This document shows positions 58,446 to 64,000 of a stretch of DNA of 64,000 nt, in pieces. A program made the translations under genes and the position numbers. Location: contig JAVZDD010000001.1 in the NCBI GenBank assembly GCA_038874075.1, positions 136,701 through 200,700 of the forward strand. Reading direction: 5' to 3'. The stretch comes from Candidatus Nanoarchaeia archaeon (GTDB taxonomy: Archaea; Nanobdellota; Nanobdellia; Jingweiarchaeales; Jingweiarchaeaceae). The notes beneath the pieces were generated by a model. That model was not told the origin of the DNA. It saw only the letters and a list, made by a program, of their open reading frames with translations, and searched no databases. Each line of letters starts with the position of its first letter. Position 1 is the first letter of the stretch.

Positions 58446-59644
58446 ATGAAAAACATTGCTAAATATAAGTTTATCTGCTGCTCTTTCAATACTGAAAAAC
58501 TAGTTAATGTTACATCATGCTCATTTTTTATTAATTCGTTCGAACTTTTATTCACGCCCACAAGAACGGGTTGTACTTTGACCGGTAAGCTCATGTTCAA
58601 TTGTTTTATATCAATCAAACTATTTTCTTGGAAGAGTAGAAGGAAAACGATTGTTCTATTTGTTTGAAAAGAAAATTCCTTCGTTGTTTTTCCACCAATC
58701 AACATGTCTTCTTTCACGATTTCATCATCAATCAAAACTAAACTCGCGTTCCTGGCAATATTGCCGTGATTAACGACATCAATGAAGATGGTATTGTTTG
58801 AAAAATCTAATCTTGATATTGTCACGCTCTTTTTCACCAGAATTTTTGTTGTTAGATCATATTTTGTTTCATTTATCTTCACTCTGACCCTCAAATTGTA
58901 GTTTCCTTCGCTTGCGTTTTCAATGATTCTGTTTGAAAGAGCGATAATTGCTGATGAACCTGAAGATAAAAAAACATCTTTTTCATTCGCATTCCATGAA
59001 TAAATATAATTAAGTTTGTTCCTACCCATTGAAATAAGCTCGGTCTTGTTTTGCGAATAGTCATACACATATGAATAAACTTTAAGGCTCGCATCTTCAC
59101 CCAGGTTTGTTAAGTTAATGATGACGTCAAAGGACTGGCCTGGTGAAACTTCGCTTGGTGCGCTTAATAAACTAATTGTTACATTTGGCTTCCTCTCGAC
59201 ATAGATAACCCTTTCAGTGACCGAGTTCTTTTGGAGCATGTAGTCATCATACGCGCAGAATGTTAAATCATCAATGGTCAAATTTGCAAATAACCGGTAT
59301 AACCATGGCTCAAGCTCAGAGATTGATATCTGAAAAACACCTGTGTTTGTATTTATTTCTCGAAGAATCACTTTTTTCACATCGTAACTTCCGTAATAAG
59401 AGAAGGAATTGCTTTGCAATTGGTATTTCTCAACAAAAATATTAATTGTTGCATTCGTAAAGCTATGGTTAAAGACGTAACTCAATTCTAAATTACCGTC
59501 ACCATATTTTGGATTTAAACTTACTCTAAGTTCTTTATTTGTAGAATTGCAGCTAGCGAAAACTAATTCTAGATTCAGAAAGATTAAAACTGTGACAAAG
59601 ACGGCTCTCCGAATATCGGTATTTTTTCCCCACATTTTGGACAT
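58403..59644 (-). CDS. Secreted, C-terminally membrane-anchored protein with many N-glycosylation sequons
   Basis: Signal peptide AVFVTVLIFLNLELVFASC; C-terminal TM LYLAMFFICLLSLIILF followed by RRFK; beta-rich Asn/Ser/Thr-rich body. Confidence 0.4.
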   Translation of the reverse strand: MSKMWGKNTDIRRAVFVTVLIFLNLELVFASCNSTNKELRVSLNPKYGDGNLELSYVFNHSFTNATINIFVEKYQLQSNSFSYYGSYDVKKVILREINTNTGVFQISISELEPWLYRLFANLTIDDLTFCAYDDYMLQKNSVTERVIYVERKPNVTISLLSAPSEVSPGQSFDVIINLTNLGEDASLKVYSYVYDYSQNKTELISMGRNKLNYIYSWNANEKDVFLSSGSSAIIALSNRIIENASEGNYNLRVRVKINETKYDLTTKILVKKSVTISRLDFSNNTIFIDVVNHGNIARNASLVLIDDEIVKEDMLIGGKTTKEFSFQTNRTIVFLLLFQENSLIDIKQLNMSLPVKVQPVLVGVNKSSNELIKNEHDVTLTSFSVLKEQQINLYLAMFFICLLSLIILFRRFK

Positions 59645-60609
59645 TTTTTATCCTTTGTAATGTGATAACCTAATAAATAAACATTGTATCTCTTTATCAA
59701 AAGCTCATTGCAGTTCGGACAATAAGTATTCTCTTCTTTACTACCAGGAACATTTCCAAGATAGACATACTTCAGTCCTTGTTCCTTTGCTGTTTCGTAC
59801 ACACGCTTTAATTTTTCATAAGGTGTCGGTTTAACATCCATCATCTTATAAGATGGGAAGAAAGCAATGAAGTGAATTGGAACTTCGTCGGATAAGTTTT
59901 CCTTTATCCATGAGCAAAATTGTATGATTTCTGCTAAATCATCATTGTAACCAGGAATCACGAGATTTGTTATTTCGATCCATTTTAATGACCTGTAATA
60001 AGTTTTGAGCGCATTCAAGACTGCTTCTAGATCACCACCGCAAAATTTCCTGTAAAATTCCTTATTAAAACCTTTAAAATCAATCACTGCAGCATCCAAA
60101 TACTTTGAAATTCTTTTGATTGGCTCCTCATTTATGAATCCATTCGTGACAAAGTTCGTGTAAAAATTGTTTTCTTTCGCAATCTTCGCAATATCATAAG
60201 CATATTCATAAAATGTTGTTGGCTCGTTGTAAGTGAATGAGAACCCATTTGCACTGTATTCTTTTGCCATCTTTATTGCATCCTCCACTCTTAAATCACT
60301 TAGTGATCCATCACTGAACCTCTCCTGAGATATTTCCCAATTACAGCAATACGGGCAAGTGAAATTGCATCCAATTGTACCAATTGAAAATGACCTGGAA
60401 CCCGGATAAAAATGAAAAAATGGTTTTTTTTCAATTGGATCAATATTTATTGAAGAGACTTTTTCATAAACGATCGAATAAAGCTTATTATTGACATTCT
60501 TCCTAACACCACAAAATCCAAATTTATCTTTTAATATCGTGCACTCTCTTGGACAGAGATGGCATCTTACCTTGTCATCGATCTTCTCATAGAACATTGC
60601 TTCTTTCAT
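59584..60609 (-). CDS. Radical SAM enzyme (pyruvate formate-lyase activase-like / AmmeMemoRadiSam-type) with C-terminal zinc ribbon
   Basis: CNFTCPYCCNW (CxxxCxxC); N-terminal RCHLCPRECTILKDKFGFCGVRKN cysteine motif; C-terminal CPNC...CPKC. Confidence 0.7.
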   Translation of the reverse strand: MKEAMFYEKIDDKVRCHLCPRECTILKDKFGFCGVRKNVNNKLYSIVYEKVSSINIDPIEKKPFFHFYPGSRSFSIGTIGCNFTCPYCCNWEISQERFSDGSLSDLRVEDAIKMAKEYSANGFSFTYNEPTTFYEYAYDIAKIAKENNFYTNFVTNGFINEEPIKRISKYLDAAVIDFKGFNKEFYRKFCGGDLEAVLNALKTYYRSLKWIEITNLVIPGYNDDLAEIIQFCSWIKENLSDEVPIHFIAFFPSYKMMDVKPTPYEKLKRVYETAKEQGLKYVYLGNVPGSKEENTYCPNCNELLIKRYNVYLLGYHITKDKKCPKCGEKIPIFGEPSLSQF

Positions 60610-60689
60610 GATATTTTTAGAATTGAGTAGTAATAAAAACGTATCGGAAAGATTAATATAATAAAAATACTAAGAAAAATTGAGCTAAA

Positions 60690-61319
60690 ATGGCACTATT
60701 CGATGTTTTTAAGGGAAAGAAAAAGGAAGAAGTAGCTTTTCCTGAGCCAGTACCGGCATTTCCACAAGTAGAAAGTGCACAAACTTTTCCTGATATCAGA
60801 GCACCTGAGAGGAGACCTATGGCCCCCACTCAACCAGTGCAAACGCAACCAAGTCCATCCTTAACACTTACTCCAGAGCAAATTCCAAAGTTACCTCCAG
60901 GAGTACCGGAAGAATTGATTCCGAGACCAAGATTTTCAAGACCTGAGCTACCACCCCCACCACAACCTAGAGAAAGCTATGAAGAACCAAAATATTTACC
61001 TACGCCTCCTGAGCCAATTGTACCACCAAGAGTCAGACCAAGACCAATGGAGATGGAAAGAGCTCCTGAAACTAGAGAAAGACATGTGGAAAGGTCGTAC
61101 AAGCCATTCATGTATGTGAGGGTAAGCAGGTATAGGGAAGTTGTTGATTCAATCGATAGAGTAAGGGAAACGATCAGTGAACTAAAAAGATGTTTGGATG
61201 GAATGGCGAGAGCAGCTGAAGAAGAGAACAGAAAAATCAGTGAATGCGAGGAAATCACAAGAAGGATAGATGAAATAACAAGATTCTTTGAAAGGATATT
61301 TACACAACCAGAAGAGTAA
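60690..61319 (+). CDS. Proline-rich low-complexity protein with C-terminal coiled coil, hypothetical
   Basis: Residues 15-115 are about 30 percent Pro (PEPVPAFPQ..PPPPQPRE..PPEPIVPPRVRPRP). GC content well above neighbours. Charged helical C-terminus. Confidence 0.3.
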   Translation: MALFDVFKGKKKEEVAFPEPVPAFPQVESAQTFPDIRAPERRPMAPTQPVQTQPSPSLTLTPEQIPKLPPGVPEELIPRPRFSRPELPPPPQPRESYEEPKYLPTPPEPIVPPRVRPRPMEMERAPETRERHVERSYKPFMYVRVSRYREVVDSIDRVRETISELKRCLDGMARAAEEENRKISECEEITRRIDEITRFFERIFTQPEE

Positions 61320-61357
61320 GCTTTTTCTATTGTTTTTATTAAATAATTATATGTAGT

Positions 61358-61429
61358 GCGGTTGTAGTCTAGCGGTTAGGACCTGAGCTTCCCGAGCTCA
61401 TGACCCGGGTTCAAATCCCGGCAACCGCA
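61358..61429 (+). tRNA. tRNA-Gly (anticodon CCC)
   Basis: GCGGUUG-UA-GUCU..UGAGC-UUCCCGA-GCUCA..CCGGG-UUCAAAU-CCCGG-CAACCGC-A. Confidence 0.85.
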
Positions 61430-61948
61430 TTATGCTGTAATATTGGAAATCGTTAATGGTATTTCCTGTGCGTGGAGAACAAGCTCCTTTGCAATATATA
61501 TCTTGGAATTCGTTCTTAGTGCAATTGCAATTGCATCACTTGGTCTAGAATCTATCTGTAGCAATGTGAGGCCATCTCTTAAGTATATCGTGGCAAAAAT
61601 AGTGTTTGCCTCTTCCTTGTCAATCGTTGCAGCGATAAATTCAATGTTTTTCTTGAATAGTATTTGTTTAAACAAATCATGTGTTAATGGTCTTTCGCTT
61701 ACTTCATTTCTAAGTGCCTTTGAAATTGAATATGCTTGGTCAGGGGTTACATAGAAACTGAATGAGCCTATTTCTGTTTTCAATGTTAATTTTCCACTTG
61801 AATCAACCTCCGAAACATTCGCTGGTAGATAATTCTCTGGTGGAGAAAATGTGAATGCCTTTGTGAAGCCAAAGTAAATATTCAAAAAGAATAGTATACA
61901 TGCAATGATTACAATGGATGAAACTGTAATAAATATTAATTTACTCAT
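61430..61948 (-). CDS. Membrane-anchored DUF151 / bifunctional-nuclease (BFN) domain protein
   Basis: N-terminal TM (LIFITVSSIVIIACILFFL); C-terminal LLQIDSRPSDAIAIALR, matching the BFN DARPSDAIALA motif. Confidence 0.55.
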   Translation of the reverse strand: MSKLIFITVSSIVIIACILFFLNIYFGFTKAFTFSPPENYLPANVSEVDSSGKLTLKTEIGSFSFYVTPDQAYSISKALRNEVSERPLTHDLFKQILFKKNIEFIAATIDKEEANTIFATIYLRDGLTLLQIDSRPSDAIAIALRTNSKIYIAKELVLHAQEIPLTISNITA

Positions 61949-61987
61949 AATAAAAATAATAAAGAGGTAAAAAATAAATGTATTGAT

Positions 61988-62059
61988 GGGCTTGTGGTCT
62001 AGTGGTATGACGTTTCCCTCACACGGAAAAGGTCGCCGGTTCGATTCCGGCCAAGCCCA
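61988..62059 (+). tRNA. tRNA-Val (anticodon CAC)
   Basis: GGGCUUG-UG-GUCU..UUUCC-CUCACAC-GGAAA..GCCGG-UUCGAUU-CCGGC-CAAGCCC-A. Confidence 0.85.
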
Positions 62060-62068
62060 TGTGAGAAT

Positions 62069-62365
62069 ATGGCAAATGAAGAATTTTTTATAAAAATTGG
62101 AAATATAGAAGAGATAAACAGAAGAGTAAATGAACTAAAAAATTTGTTCAGGGGACTTGATGCATTGGAGAGAGAGATAAGGGAACTAAGGGAGCGAAGG
62201 GAAAAGTTTAAGGAGGAAGTGATTGAAAAAATAGAGCGGCTAATCAACGAATTGGATGAACTAGAAAGGAATTTACCGAGAGAAGAGGAAGAGAAAAAAA
62301 CAGAAGACGTGGGGAAACTAAGAAAAGAACTCGAAGATCTGAGGGAAAGTCTAACTTCACTGTAA
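62069..62365 (+). CDS. Small coiled-coil protein (98 aa) wedged between tRNA-Val and tRNA-Leu
   Basis: Continuous heptad-like E/R/K/L-rich sequence; starts 10 nt after tRNA-Val, ends 2 nt before the tRNA-Leu region. Confidence 0.3.
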   Translation: MANEEFFIKIGNIEEINRRVNELKNLFRGLDALEREIRELRERREKFKEEVIEKIERLINELDELERNLPREEEEKKTEDVGKLRKELEDLRESLTSL

Positions 62366-62367
62366 AA

Positions 62368-62520
62368 GCGGGGGGAAGCGGGGGTAACTTAACAATCGTT
62401 AAGTCCCCAAAGCCAAGCGGTCTAAGGCGATAGGCTCAAGAGCAGGTATCAGCTGAATGAAATGATGTTGTGATACCTATTGGCTTAGTGCCTTCGAGGG
62501 TTCGAATCCCTCCCCCCGCA
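62368..62520 (+). tRNA. tRNA-Leu (anticodon CAA) with a 34-nt canonical 37/38 intron (62441-62474) and an additional ~24-nt insertion after the acceptor 5-prime strand; GCGGGGG acceptor strand duplicated
   Basis: 3-prime half GAGGG-UUCGAAU-CCCUC-CCCCCGC-A. Anticodon arm AUAGG-CUCAAG[intron]A-CCUAU. D-arm GCC-AAGCGGUCUAA-GGC. Leu-type variable arm GGCUUAGUGCC. 5-prime acceptor GCGGGGG occurs at 62368 and 62378. Between 62385 and 62410 lies a GGGG-UA-ACUUAAC-AAUC-GUUAAGU-CCCC helix-bulge-helix-loop. Confidence 0.65.
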
Positions 62521-62587
62521 ATTTATTATTTGTCTATCCTTATTTTCGTTTAAGAACTAAATCTCTAAAAATCTACAAAAATTCTGA

Positions 62588-63037
62588 TCATTTTTTTATC
62601 TCTTCTAACGTTTGTAATCTTATTGGTTTCTCGATGCCCAATATCGCCTTAGCAAGGTGCAATCCACCTATCAATTCAGGTAGAACAAGAAGGTCCACGC
62701 CAGATTTGTAAAAGCTTTCAAGTGAGCTCTCATCGCTTACTCTTGCTGCAGTTTTTATTTTAGGATTCATTTCTTTCGCTTTGAGAATGACAAAAAGATT
62801 ATCAACATCCTTACCAAGGACGGCAATGAGCCAATCAGCGCATTCTATGTTTGCTTTCTTGAGTGTTTTTTCATCTAGTACATCACCAAGCAAAACATTA
62901 TAACCTTCTTTTTTAAAAAATCTTGCTACGTCTCGATCTCTTTCAATGATTGTAACATCTGCTCCATATTGTTTTAGTACGTTCGCCACCTTACCACCAA
63001 CTCTACCAGCACCACATACAATGTATTTTTTATTCAT
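62588..63037 (-). CDS. TrkA-N (RCK) NAD-binding regulatory domain protein
   Basis: IVCGAGRVGGKVANVL Rossmann GxGxxG; 149 aa. Confidence 0.75.
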   Translation of the reverse strand: MNKKYIVCGAGRVGGKVANVLKQYGADVTIIERDRDVARFFKKEGYNVLLGDVLDEKTLKKANIECADWLIAVLGKDVDNLFVILKAKEMNPKIKTAARVSDESSLESFYKSGVDLLVLPELIGGLHLAKAILGIEKPIRLQTLEEIKK

Positions 63038-63576
63038 TTGCTTGCACCTAAAAACTTAGTTAACAAAAAACAAACAAATGCTGCTGCAACGCCAAAAAAG
63101 CATGTTTTTATTCCTAATTTTAACATGTTCTCCTTTGAAATTTTTCCAATCAACATACCTAGTATGAATAAGGATGTAACAGATATCAAAATTGTCATTT
63201 GCAATGCAAGGTTAATATTATTGATAAACAAAAATGGTGTTATTGGAATTATGACACCTACTATCGTTGAAATCGCGTCAACAATGCTTCTCAAGTACGT
63301 CTCTGAAATCTTTTTCTTAAAAAACATCATATTTTTTATCTCTTTTTTATCAATCATCATCTTCTTCTCAAGCTCATTTATTTCTGTATACACATCTGCG
63401 CTCTCTGCGGTAACTGCACTGGCCAAATTCCCAAAACAATCTGCGATACCTCCAGAAAGTGCAGTGATGATGATAACTGTATTTGAATTAGAAATACTTG
63501 CACCCACCACGATACCAAATGCAGTAAGAATTCCATCTATCAGCCCTCTGACAAAATTTCTTAGGTATGGTTTCAT
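63034..63576 (-). CDS. VIT1/CCC1-family (DUF125) membrane transporter-like protein
   Basis: RNFVRGLIDGILTAFGIVVGAS N-terminal motif, four to five TM helices; overlaps the trkA-N-like gene by 4 nt. Confidence 0.5.
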   Translation of the reverse strand: MKPYLRNFVRGLIDGILTAFGIVVGASISNSNTVIIITALSGGIADCFGNLASAVTAESADVYTEINELEKKMMIDKKEIKNMMFFKKKISETYLRSIVDAISTIVGVIIPITPFLFINNINLALQMTILISVTSLFILGMLIGKISKENMLKLGIKTCFFGVAAAFVCFLLTKFLGASK

Positions 63577-63651
63577 ACTACTAATAAATTTTTTAATTCT
63601 TATATTCTTTATTGAGAAAAGATATATAATGATGATTTCTTTTTTAAAATT

Positions 63652-64000
63652 GTGGAATTAAAAAACATTCAATTAAGAGATTACCAAAAAAACATTTTGA
63701 ATACGGCAAGGAATGGGAATACGCTTGTTGTTTTACCGACAGGTTTGGGCAAGACACTAATTGCATTAAAACTTGCAATTGAAAGAATTAATCATTTCAA
63801 AGATCTTAAAGTATTGTTTCTTGCACCAACAAAACCACTTGTAAATCAGCATAGGAAATTTTTTCTAAATCACAGTGACTTGGAAAAAGAGCAAGTGATC
63901 GTGTTAACCGGTGCAATAAATCCAAATAAAAGAGCGAAGATGTGGAAAGATGCAATTGTGATCATGGCAACACCACAAACAATTATGAATGACTTAAAAC
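63652..64000 (+). CDS. Hef/FANCM-like (or related SF2) helicase, N-terminal fragment running off the window
   Basis: (V)ELKNIQLRDYQKNILNTARNGNTLVVLPTGLGKTLIALKLA...VLFLAPTKPLVNQH: Q-motif plus Walker A of Hef/XPF-family helicases; apparent GTG start. Confidence 0.65.
   Translation, partial: MELKNIQLRDYQKNILNTARNGNTLVVLPTGLGKTLIALKLAIERINHFKDLKVLFLAPTKPLVNQHRKFFLNHSDLEKEQVIVLTGAINPNKRAKMWKDAIVIMATPQTIMNDLK

Noticed and set aside
63038-63661. 207-aa plus-strand ORF
   Set aside because: It is fully antisense to the TrkA-N/VIT genes and its protein is low-complexity and hydrophobic, so it is spurious. The real plus-strand gene (helicase) begins only at about 63652 in another frame.

Overview
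The window is AT-rich archaeal chromosome. Positions 1-12.7 kb on the minus strand carry most of the archaeal r-protein superoperon: partial SecY, then L15, L30, S5, L18, L19e, L32e, L6, S8, S14, L5, S4e, L24, L14, S17, RNase P Rpp29, SUI1, L29, S3, L22, S19, L2, L23, L4, L3. Eukaryote-type r-proteins, aEF-1beta, Pth2, aTrm56, intron-containing tRNAs and an AMP-phosphorylase / R15P-isomerase / form-III RuBisCO cluster point to an archaeon, plausibly a small-genome (DPANN-like) lineage; that lineage assignment is inference.

Other recognisable content: six tRNAs (Ser-GCU, Trp-CCA with intron, Arg-UCU, Gly-CCC, Val-CAC, Leu-CAA with introns); LeuRS and TyrRS; RtcB, archease and RtcA; Mre11-Rad50; TruD; a Cys-type FdhF-like molybdoenzyme; and a surface-glycosylation block of two GT-C and one GT2 transferase next to a 747-aa S-layer-like glycoprotein.

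Observations worth a second look:
- 12.98-19.0 kb: an accessory island between the ribosomal operon and rtcB, made of two convergent operons. One encodes a 706-aa calcineurin-like phosphoesterase protein plus a nitrilase-superfamily hydrolase. The other encodes a Cas4-like Fe-S nuclease fused to a winged HTH, a 160-aa unknown, and a tandem nucleoside-2-deoxyribosyltransferase (NDT)-like protein. This is a candidate undescribed nucleotide-centric or defence-type system.
- 44.6-45.6 kb: an rnhB (RNase HII) gene interrupted exactly at its catalytic GIDEAGRGP motif by a 28-nt helix-bulge-helix-loop element. Removing the 28 nt restores the frame.
- The same gene is preceded in-frame by an ~85-codon remnant of the diphthamide synthase Dph2.
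- The 28-nt rnhB element resembles in sequence and structure an extra non-canonical intron in tRNA-Leu.
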